Shown: in pieces, positions 7,048 to 14,299 of the stretch
How positions within the stretch are numbered: position 1 is the stretch's first letter
Layout: each line of letters begins with the position of its first letter
Assembly (NCBI RefSeq): GCF_000223395.1
Contig: NC_015931.1
Coordinates: 600,001-632,000 of the forward strand
Direction: 5' to 3'
DNA length: 32,000 bases
DNA from: Pyrolobus fumarii 1A
Lineage (GTDB): Archaea > Thermoproteota > Thermoprotei_A > Sulfolobales > Pyrodictiaceae
Program-made: the position numbers and the translations under genes
The notes under the pieces: model-generated
What the model saw: only the letters and a program-made list of their open reading frames with translations
The model's database searches: none
Told to the model about the DNA's origin: nothing

Positions 7048-8238
7048 TCACACTTGTTGTATAGTCACATCGACTGTAGCCGTGTAGGTGCCCGCTGGTG
7101 CACCCACCGGGACTAGTATCAACGGCCAGATATGCAGGTATGGGTACTGGTTGCTCGCGTAGATGCCGGCTAGAACCGCGTTGTAAGGCACCGGGTATAC
7201 CGGCGTGAACACAAGGTTTATCGTGCCTGCAGTGGCATCTACACTACCATTTACAATGGCGTATAGCCTGGCAGTGCTACCATCAGCAAGCGTTATTGTA
7301 GCATTTATGACTGCAAATGCGGTCTGGTTGTAGTCATAGAACTTCACTGCGCTGGTAGGTACGCTAGTGCTATACCCGCCGACGAAAGCATAGTCGGCCG
7401 CCGTGTTAAGATCCACATAGCTAACTGTGCTAGCTGTTGTCGTCGCGTTGGATGTATCAACATCGTAATCGCAGCTACTGTGTATTATTAGTGCCTCGTC
7501 GCCGCTGAACGCATTGTTATTCGCTATGCTGCTATCCGGATCAGCTAGTAATAGACAAACAGTCACCTGGGTTGCCTTGACATACGTGTCAGTTGCTGGG
7601 TCATATTTTATCTGAACCACTGGTATAGTGACTTGCTTCGCATATATGTATGGGTACCATTCGGTCTCGTTGAGCGTACCGCTATTAGTCGATGGCTCAG
7701 ACTCGTAAAGTGTGTTTAGAAAGCCCTCTGGAAGATCGATCCACGTTAACTGCGATAACGCTGTACTATACTGTGTGCCGAGGTTGTCCGCACTCTTGTC
7801 GAGAGTTATAGTGAAGGTTTTTACAGTGTAGATGGCTGTCGAGGATAATGCTTCACTTGTGTTCACCGAGTCTATCTTGTAGGTTGCGCCGAGCAGGGGC
7901 TGCGCTAAGCCGGCTGGGTAAGATGGTGGCAGCGAGAAGGTAACAGAGTAGTAGACTGTGAAGTTGACGTTCACACCCGTTAGGTTGAGTATAACATCAT
8001 CTTTTGTGGTTGTGTTGACCCACATGTTCCAACCGTCATAGTTCATTGTCTTGACTGTCGCGGGGTCCACCTTGATGCTCGAAGTGCCGTCTACAACGGT
8101 TGCTCCGGTAAAGCCGGTCACGCTGACTGTTACGGTTGCCGTCTGGCTACCCGCTAGAAGCAAACTGGGTGTAAGTATGGCCGTAACAATGACTACTGCT
8201 ATCAAGAAAACGCCTCGGCGCACCATCACTACCCCCAA
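7048..8238 (-). CDS. Secreted Thr/Ser/Val/Asn/Tyr-rich, probably all-beta, N-glycosylated surface protein (candidate filament or adhesin subunit).
   Basis: Signal-like N-terminus MVRRGVFLIAVVIVTAILTPSLLLAGS. Nine N-x-S/T sequons. An alternating-hydrophobic segment ATVTVSVTGFTGATVV follows the signal. The C-terminal strand is GTYTATVDVTIQQV. The DNA is more A+T-rich than its neighbours. Confidence 0.7.
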   Translation of the reverse strand: MGVVMVRRGVFLIAVVIVTAILTPSLLLAGSQTATVTVSVTGFTGATVVDGTSSIKVDPATVKTMNYDGWNMWVNTTTKDDVILNLTGVNVNFTVYYSVTFSLPPSYPAGLAQPLLGATYKIDSVNTSEALSSTAIYTVKTFTITLDKSADNLGTQYSTALSQLTWIDLPEGFLNTLYESEPSTNSGTLNETEWYPYIYAKQVTIPVVQIKYDPATDTYVKATQVTVCLLLADPDSSIANNNAFSGDEALIIHSSCDYDVDTSNATTTASTVSYVDLNTAADYAFVGGYSTSVPTSAVKFYDYNQTAFAVINATITLADGSTARLYAIVNGSVDATAGTINLVFTPVYPVPYNAVLAGIYASNQYPYLHIWPLILVPVGAPAGTYTATVDVTIQQV

Positions 8239-8498
8239 TCAATTATGGGTATGGTGCCCGCATGTAACAAGTTAAAAATTGATAGTATAAATTATGACTG
8301 ATGCATACATCTAATCATGATTTCATGTACTTATACGGATTCTGGTATCAATCATACTGTCCATACAAAGCGCGGGAAGGATACTGGTAGTCGGTATTCG
8401 TTTCAAATCTGCGGCAACGAGTTTACCCACGTGTATAGTCATGGTGTAGTATATACGGCACGGCCGCACACCCGAGCGCGGAGAGGGTACAAAAAGCC
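8239..8498. promoter_or_regulatory. A+T-rich divergent promoter region between the 8238<-5862 operon and the pilin-like gene.
   Basis: 260 bp with several TATA-like boxes (ttaaaaattgatagtataaatta near 8272-8295; tagtatatac near 8447-8456). The only ORF here (8317-8529) is low-complexity and overlaps the pilin start. Confidence 0.4.
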
Positions 8499-9086
8499 AT
8501 GTTTGTCCGGTGCATCTCGCCGATCGTAGCTAGTATAATCATCATCTCCGTTACAATTGCGATTGCCATTGCAGTGGCTGGTTTTGCATTCAACATATTC
8601 ACAGGGTATCAGGAGAAAGGTGAGGTACTGCGAGTGATTGACGCATATTTTTACTATACTCGCGAGCGTGTAAATACAATATGCACCGAGCCTCCCTGCG
8701 GGTTTCTAATAGCCAGGATACTTGTCGAGTCGGGGCACCCCACTGTGCTAGAGTTTACCCTCAACGACCTCACCTACAAGCCGTCATCATGCATATGGTA
8801 TACTAGTTCGAGTTACACACTAGACCCGGGCGACAATATAGTCGTGCTCACAAAACGACTATGCATTGTCGTATCGAAATACGCTGATCCAAACCGCTAC
8901 AACCTACTATACAAGCTCATGTATAGCGTGCAGAGCACATCCCAGTTACCTACTACCCTAAGGATACTGCTCATCAACTACCTCACGATACACACGGACA
9001 ACCCCACTCAACAACACTTCTCAATGCTAACGAGCAACGCAGTCTACAGGTATATCGTACCTGGCAGAAACGTGGAGCTCTCATAG
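8499..9086 (+). CDS. Archaeal type IV pilin-like protein (class III signal peptide, DUF361-like N-terminus).
   Basis: MFVRC-ISPIVASIIIISVTIAIAIAVAGFAFNIF matches the prepilin pattern (short basic leader, then xSPIIATxLLIxITVxxAxxVxxF). The position before the predicted PibD cut is Cys rather than the usual Gly/Ala. Confidence 0.7.
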   Translation: MFVRCISPIVASIIIISVTIAIAIAVAGFAFNIFTGYQEKGEVLRVIDAYFYYTRERVNTICTEPPCGFLIARILVESGHPTVLEFTLNDLTYKPSSCIWYTSSSYTLDPGDNIVVLTKRLCIVVSKYADPNRYNLLYKLMYSVQSTSQLPTTLRILLINYLTIHTDNPTQQHFSMLTSNAVYRYIVPGRNVELS

Positions 9087-9227
9087 CAGCTCGACACTAA
9101 CCCGACGACCAGGAATGCAAGTACGCCAGGCCAGGCCCAAGAAAAATGCGAAACAAAACCTAGATATACCCCAGGCCAGAGGCATGATGTGAAACGGAAC
9201 GCGCGGGTTTCCCAACGCCGGGGGCGT

Positions 9228-9303
9228 GCCGGGGTAGCTCAGCTGGTAGAGCGCCGGGCTGTTAACCCGGTGGTCGGTGGTTCGAATCCACCCCCCGGCG
9301 CCA
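9228..9303 (+). tRNA. tRNA-Asn (anticodon GUU), CCA encoded.
   Basis: GCCGGGG-TA-GCTC-AGCTGGTA-GAGC-G-CCGGG-CTGTTAA-CCCGG-TGGTC-GGTGG-TTCGAAT-CCACC-CCCCGGC-G-CCA. The cloverleaf is perfect. Confidence 0.97.
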
Positions 9304-9420
9304 CATCCTCCCCACTTCTACCACTTGATGTAAATAGGTGCAACACCGGGTCGTGTCACTCATCCCTGCAATAGCGGGATGCGTATAACACGCTGTAAAC
9401 GTTGATTTTTGATAGTATAT

Positions 9421-11370
9421 CTACGCGTCCTGCTGCATTACGCCTATTTGTTTGTCTAGTTCTCTCTTGAATCTCTCCCACCAGTCGAGTGCTGCTCTCG
9501 GGTCTTTCACCATCCTCTCGGCCCACTGGGTGTGGCCCGTCTCGGCTGCTATCGTGGCGACAAGGTCCCGTGTCCTGGCCGTCTCCCAGTGGGATGGCTC
9601 GGCTTTCGCGAGTCTCGAGTACAGTGCTATCCTGGCGTACATTCTCCTCGCGTGCTCGCGTAGGTTCTTGTCGACTCCGAGTATCTCGCGGTACATTGCT
9701 TGTATCAGCTTCTCTAGCCAGCCGCGGTGGAAGCGGCAGAAGCCCGCGTTGTCCACCAGATACTCGTTGATTATCCTCTCGTAGGCTGTCTTTGCGAACT
9801 CCTCTGGCTCCATGAAGGTTGGCGAGTAGTTGGTCCAGTACTTGCCGGTGACGTAGACCGGTGCTACTAGGCCTGGTGTCCAGTAGAGGTTGAGGGTCAT
9901 GTAGCCCTCCTCGCCGAAAGCCGCGTAGACCGTGTAGCTTCTCGGGTCGGTGTCGAGCCTCTCGGCTAGCTCTCGTGCCGCGCCGCGTAGTCCGCGCTCG
10001 GCTATCAACTGTAGAACTGGGCAACCGCGGCCTCCCTCGTGGAGGATCTTCTCGAGTATGATCCTGGCGAGCCTGGCGTTCCTCGCCGAGCATTCGCGTG
10101 GCTTCTCGGCTAGTAGTATGGGGTCCCAGCAGGGCCTCTCGTCTAGGCAGGCGTCTCGCGGCTCTATGACACCCCTGGCTGCGAGCTCCAAGACCCACGC
10201 CACCCAGTAGCCGGCCTCGATGGCGTCTACGCCGGCCTCGTCGGCTAGCTCTACGAGGCGCCGCGTCTCCTCGAAGACTATGATTGCCGAGAATGGCCCC
10301 AGGGCGTTGAAGGGCTCGTAGTCCACCTTTGTGCCCTTCACTAGCTTCTTACAGTTAGCCGGGCATGGCTCGCCGCACGTCCTCCACTTCTTTGGGTTCG
10401 TGCCCGCCTCCTCCTGGAACGGTTTCCAGAAGTACTCGGCGACCGCCTCGTATAGTTTGAGGCGAGCCACCTTCTCGAGGTAGACGCTCGCATAGCCCAG
10501 CATGGGGATTAGGTCGCGGTAGTGCACGTAGTTGACGCCAAAGGTGCCTCCGGTGCCGAGCCTCTCGTCAAAGCGGTACTTTCTGGTCTTCTCGGTGACT
10601 AGTTTACCGTAGGGCTCGCCGGCTACACTCCGTGCGATACTCTCTATGAGCTTGCGGTTCGATAGTCGCGGGTTGATGGACTCGGGGCGCCACGTGCCAC
10701 CCGCCACGATACCCACTATGCCATGGGCACGTGCCATCACTGTCCCAGGGCCGCCCCTCCCAGCGACGTCCACAAAGCCCCGGATGACCTCGAGCGTGAC
10801 GGGGTCATAGTGCACGGCTACTATCGCGCCAGCGCGTGTTGTTAGGGAGGCGGGCCCCGCGACCAGCACAACAGGCTTCAGGGTCTTGAAGAGGTCGCGG
10901 TGCTCGGCTATCAGGTGCCCAGCCAGGGAGTATACCCCGCACTTGCCGTACACCCTCCACACGTCGGTTCCGAGCGCTTCTACGGTGACACGCTTGACTC
11001 CAGTCTCGTCACCCTCTATGATGAGCACGCTGGGCTCCTTGGCCGCCCCTCGTATGACGATAGCGTGCGCCCCCATACCCCTCATCTTGTAGCCTATGCC
11101 GCCTACCGTACTAACATGGAGAGTGCGTGACAGTGGGCTCCTGAATACCGCGACACCCCTGTTCGACCCGAAGAGGGGCGAGCCTGTGAACGGCCCGAGG
11201 CCAAGAACGAGCGTGTTGCAGGGGGCGAGTGGGTCACACCTCCACGTCTCATCCCTATAGTGCACCTCGATGCCCAGGTCGACCGGGCCTAGTATCTCGC
11301 CGAGAGGGTGCTCGACCAGCCTCCAGGAGCCGGTCGAGACGTCAACCTCTATAACACGGTAGGTTTGCAA
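9421..11370 (-). CDS. Tungsten aldehyde:ferredoxin oxidoreductase family enzyme. Size and motifs suggest the GAPOR-like branch (tentative).
   Basis: 649 aa. AOR-family blocks GGPGTVMARAHGIVGIVAGG, WRTCGEPCPANCKK (Fe-S Cys motif), DYEPFNALGP, DAIEAGYWVAWVLEL and DNAGFCRFHRGW. TTG start. Confidence 0.85.
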   Translation of the reverse strand: MQTYRVIEVDVSTGSWRLVEHPLGEILGPVDLGIEVHYRDETWRCDPLAPCNTLVLGLGPFTGSPLFGSNRGVAVFRSPLSRTLHVSTVGGIGYKMRGMGAHAIVIRGAAKEPSVLIIEGDETGVKRVTVEALGTDVWRVYGKCGVYSLAGHLIAEHRDLFKTLKPVVLVAGPASLTTRAGAIVAVHYDPVTLEVIRGFVDVAGRGGPGTVMARAHGIVGIVAGGTWRPESINPRLSNRKLIESIARSVAGEPYGKLVTEKTRKYRFDERLGTGGTFGVNYVHYRDLIPMLGYASVYLEKVARLKLYEAVAEYFWKPFQEEAGTNPKKWRTCGEPCPANCKKLVKGTKVDYEPFNALGPFSAIIVFEETRRLVELADEAGVDAIEAGYWVAWVLELAARGVIEPRDACLDERPCWDPILLAEKPRECSARNARLARIILEKILHEGGRGCPVLQLIAERGLRGAARELAERLDTDPRSYTVYAAFGEEGYMTLNLYWTPGLVAPVYVTGKYWTNYSPTFMEPEEFAKTAYERIINEYLVDNAGFCRFHRGWLEKLIQAMYREILGVDKNLREHARRMYARIALYSRLAKAEPSHWETARTRDLVATIAAETGHTQWAERMVKDPRAALDWWERFKRELDKQIGVMQQDA

Positions 11371-11429
11371 GTATGGCCCCTGGTGTCGCTACCCGCTGCT
11401 AGTTAAAGCGGGCTAGGGTTAAGGTCGCC

Positions 11430-12746
11430 ATGCCAACCTCCTGGAGGCTCACGGCTGTCGCGGTGCACCTCTCGCTGCTGGAGATGGAGCGTGTCAAGCC
11501 CGCCGCGTGGGCAGCTAGGAGGGTGTTGAAGAGGCTCGGCTTGGCGGGCAAGCCTGTTGACAGGTTTGTGACCGGTGTGGTTACCGGGGTTGCTAGGAGC
11601 ATCGGCCTCGTTGACCGTGTGTGCGAGAGGCTCTGGCCCGGGGTTTGCCAGGGGAACCCCCGGGCTAGGGCGGCGCTGAGGGCTCTCGTCTACATCGCTC
11701 TTATCGATGATAAGATGAGGGGCGTTGCTCGCGAGAAGCTTCTCGAGGAGCTCTCGAGGATCGCGACAAAGACGGCTGGCATCAGTGATCCGCTGGGGAG
11801 GCTGCGGGGTGTTAAGCTCGAGGATGTGGCGGACCCCGTGGAGGCTAGGTGGAGGGTCGCCAGGTGGATCTACGAGGGGCTTGTCGAGGCCTGGGGGAGG
11901 GACGAAGCGGAGAGCATCCTAGGCTGGTTTAGCGGGGGGAGGAGCATCCACTGGCTGCGCGTTAACACGCTCAGAGTTGACGATCCAGAGCGGGTCATCG
12001 GGGCGGTGTTGGGCTCTGCCCGTGGTAGGGCTAGCGTGAGCCGCCGAGTGCCCAATGTCGTTGCAGTGAGGGGGCCTCTCCCCCAGCCCGTCACCCACAT
12101 GTTGGATGAGGGTATCCTCGTGGCGCAGGATGAGTCTGCGGCTGCCGCGCCCTACCTGCTACGCCCCAAGCCTCGCGAGACGATAGTCGATATGTGTGCG
12201 GCGCCAGGGGGCAAGACGAGCCTCCTCGCGGAGATAACGAGGCTACGCGCCAGGATCGTCTCGGTGGAGGTCAGCGCGTCTAGAGCCAGAGCTATGCGCG
12301 AGAGACTCGAGAGGCTAGGCGCGGATAACGTGGAGGTGCTCGTGATGGATGGTAGGAGGGCACCGGAGGAGCTCGGGGAGGGCATTGCTGATGCCGTCCT
12401 CCTTGACCCCCCGTGCACATCCACCGGCGTCCTCGACAAGAGCCCAGACGCCAGGTGGCAAGAGCCGGAGGCCCTCGAGAGGCTATCGAGGCTCCAGTGG
12501 GAGCTGCTAGAGGCGTCCTGGAGGCTGCTGAGGAGAGGCGGGAGACTACTCTACGTCACTTGTAGCCTACTCCCCGAGGAGAACGAGGAGATAATCAAGA
12601 GGTTCCTCGCTGAGCATCCCGAGGCAAGGCTAGAGCCGCTGCACTCACCCTACGAGCCCAGCCCCCTCCTCCCCGGAGCGATGAGAGCGTGGCCACACCG
12701 CCATGAGACCGGTGGCATGTTCTACGCGCTGCTCTGGAAGCGTTGA
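11430..12746 (+). CDS. NOL1/NOP2/Sun-family RNA cytosine-C5 methyltransferase with NusB-like N-terminal domain.
   Basis: SAM motif IVDMCAAPGGKTS. Catalytic motifs LLDPPCTSTGV (motif IV) and LLYVTCSLLPEENE (motif VI). Confidence 0.9.
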   Translation: MPTSWRLTAVAVHLSLLEMERVKPAAWAARRVLKRLGLAGKPVDRFVTGVVTGVARSIGLVDRVCERLWPGVCQGNPRARAALRALVYIALIDDKMRGVAREKLLEELSRIATKTAGISDPLGRLRGVKLEDVADPVEARWRVARWIYEGLVEAWGRDEAESILGWFSGGRSIHWLRVNTLRVDDPERVIGAVLGSARGRASVSRRVPNVVAVRGPLPQPVTHMLDEGILVAQDESAAAAPYLLRPKPRETIVDMCAAPGGKTSLLAEITRLRARIVSVEVSASRARAMRERLERLGADNVEVLVMDGRRAPEELGEGIADAVLLDPPCTSTGVLDKSPDARWQEPEALERLSRLQWELLEASWRLLRRGGRLLYVTCSLLPEENEEIIKRFLAEHPEARLEPLHSPYEPSPLLPGAMRAWPHRHETGGMFYALLWKR

Positions 12747-12788
12747 CCCCCAGCCGCCTTAAACGCGGTTCCAGCGGCTAACGGTGTT

Positions 12789-13664
12789 GTGGGGGGCCCA
12801 CTCGTGCCGGAGAGGATACGCTTCGGACCAGCGGGTAAGCCGGTCGGCATGAAGAGTGGCGACTATGTCAAGGCTATCGAGTATGTGGCGAACGAGGGTC
12901 TCGACGCACTCGAGTATGAGGCGGTGCGCGGCGTGCGTATCAGCGAGAAGAAGGCTGTTGAGATAAAGAGGGCTGCCTTGGAGCACGGTATCCTTCTCTC
13001 GATGCACGCGCCCTACTTCATCAACCTAGCGTCGCCCAACGAGGACACCGTTAAGAAGAGCCAACAGAGGCTTCTCGACGCGCTCAAGGCGGCTAACTGG
13101 ATGGGCGCCTATGTGGTCGTCTTCCACCCGGGCTACTACAAGGACAACCCGAGTAAAGAAGCCGCCCTCAAGAGGGTGATCGAGAACCTGAAGCCCGTTG
13201 TAGAGCAGGCTAAGCAGCTCGGGATCAAGGGTGTCGAGCTGGGCCCCGAGACTACCGGGAAGAGAGCCCAGGTCGGCGATATAGACGAGGTGATCACAAT
13301 CTGCAGGGAGGTTGAGATGTGCCGCCCGGTGGTAGACTGGGCGCACATCTACGCCAGGTACCGGGGCCAACACGTGACCAGCATCGACCAGGTGCTCAAG
13401 GTGATAGAGAAGATTGAGAAGGAGCTTGGGAGTCGCGCTGTCAACCCGCTACACACTCACTTCTCGCGCATCGAGTACGGGGAGGGAGGAGAGAGGGAGC
13501 ACCATACGCTCGACGAGGCGGAGTATGGACCGGAGTTTAGGATAGTGTGTGAGGCTTACAAACAAGCCGGGATACGCGCAGTGATAATCTCGGAGAGCCC
13601 GATACTAGACCAGGACGCACTCAAGATGAAGAAGATTTGTTGCGAGGAGCTAGGCTACTGCTAG
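12789..13664 (+). CDS. nfo: Endonuclease IV-family (xylose isomerase-like TIM barrel) AP endonuclease.
   Basis: SMHAPYFINLASP, VVVFHPGYY, LGPETTGKRAQVG, VDWAHIYAR and HTHFSRIEYGEGGEREHH correspond to the metal-binding blocks of Endo IV. GTG start. Confidence 0.8.
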   Translation: MGGPLVPERIRFGPAGKPVGMKSGDYVKAIEYVANEGLDALEYEAVRGVRISEKKAVEIKRAALEHGILLSMHAPYFINLASPNEDTVKKSQQRLLDALKAANWMGAYVVVFHPGYYKDNPSKEAALKRVIENLKPVVEQAKQLGIKGVELGPETTGKRAQVGDIDEVITICREVEMCRPVVDWAHIYARYRGQHVTSIDQVLKVIEKIEKELGSRAVNPLHTHFSRIEYGEGGEREHHTLDEAEYGPEFRIVCEAYKQAGIRAVIISESPILDQDALKMKKICCEELGYC

Positions 13665-13672
13665 GTGGGCGC

Positions 13673-13999
13673 ATGCCACGCCTCCGCCTACTCCTAGACG
13701 CGCCCGACCCCCAAGCATACCTTGAGATGATACGAGAGCTACGCAGATGCTCACAGTGCATCACGGTGCCCATGGGCCGCGAGACAGGATGGCTAGTCAT
13801 AGCGAGGGGCACCGCACTCGCAGTCATAACGCCCAGCGAGGCAAGCCTCTACGCGCCCACCCTGCACTCGCCGACACCCACACTACAAGTCGTGATAGAG
13901 GTTGAGGGGGAGGCGCTGGATGTCGCAACCCTAGCCAACATGATAGTCGAGACCGCGTGGAAACACGGCCTCAAGATACGCCCGATGCCATCACGCTAA
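13673..13999 (+). CDS. Hypothetical protein (~108 aa).
   Basis: The ORF track starts at TTG 13637, overlapping nfo. ATG 13673, 8 nt after the nfo stop, is the more plausible start. No recognisable motif. Confidence 0.5.
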   Translation: MPRLRLLLDAPDPQAYLEMIRELRRCSQCITVPMGRETGWLVIARGTALAVITPSEASLYAPTLHSPTPTLQVVIEVEGEALDVATLANMIVETAWKHGLKIRPMPSR

Positions 14000-14006
14000 C
14001 CCAACC

Positions 14007-14047
14007 CTTATAAACCCGAGCTATCATTCGACCTTCATCTCGGGTTT
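14007..14047 (+). promoter_or_regulatory. TATA-like box (cttataaa) and a 9-bp perfect inverted repeat immediately upstream of tRNA-Pro.
   Basis: cttataaa at 14007-14014. aaacccgag (14012-14020) and ctcgggttt (14039-14047) are separated by an 18-nt loop, and the right arm ends 1 nt before the tRNA. Confidence 0.45.
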
Positions 14048-14156
14048 GGGGCCGTCGTCTAGCCTGGACTAGGATGCCAGCCTGGGGCGTGGAGCCCCGC
14101 GCCGGGGTCCACCCGGATCGCTGGTGGCCCGGGTTCAAATCCCGGCGGCCCCACCA
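14048..14156 (+). tRNA. tRNA-Pro (anticodon GGG) with a 31-nt intron at the canonical 37/38 position, CCA encoded.
   Basis: GGGGCCG-TC-GTCT-AGCCTGGACTA-GGAT-G-CCAGC-CTGGGG[CGTGGAGCCCCGCGCCGGGGTCCACCCGGAT]C-GCTGG-TGGC-CCGGG-TTCAAAT-CCCGG-CGGCCCC-A-CCA. The intron contains the hairpin GTGGAGCCCCG/CGGGGTCCAC. Confidence 0.93.
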
Positions 14157-14299
14157 CTCTCTTCAACATCCATCACATTTAGACGACATGATTCTAACCC
14201 ATGGTTTGATTTTGAAGCTAGCTCCCGTTTACCCTACAGCCATGAGATAACAAGGAAAGCGAGAACGACACAATACCTCGTCAAGCCAGACAGTGTGGT

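Noticed and set aside
8317-8529. 70-aa ORF in the divergent promoter region upstream of the pilin-like gene.
   Set aside because: It lies in A+T-rich promoter DNA, has odd composition (His/Thr/Cys/Arg) and overlaps the pilin start in another frame.
9189-9374. 61-aa ORF spanning tRNA-Asn. Likewise 14124-14414 spans the end of tRNA-Pro and 29303-29653 (minus) spans the tRNA-Arg promoter and the rmlC start.
   Set aside because: They read through well-formed tRNA genes or better-supported CDSs, so they are artefacts.
9356-10198. 280-aa minus-strand ORF, extremely Arg/Glu/Thr/Pro-rich, overlapping the AOR-family gene.
   Set aside because: It is an alternative frame of a gene with strong family motifs. 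The low-complexity composition is typical of out-of-frame translation of G+C-rich coding DNA.
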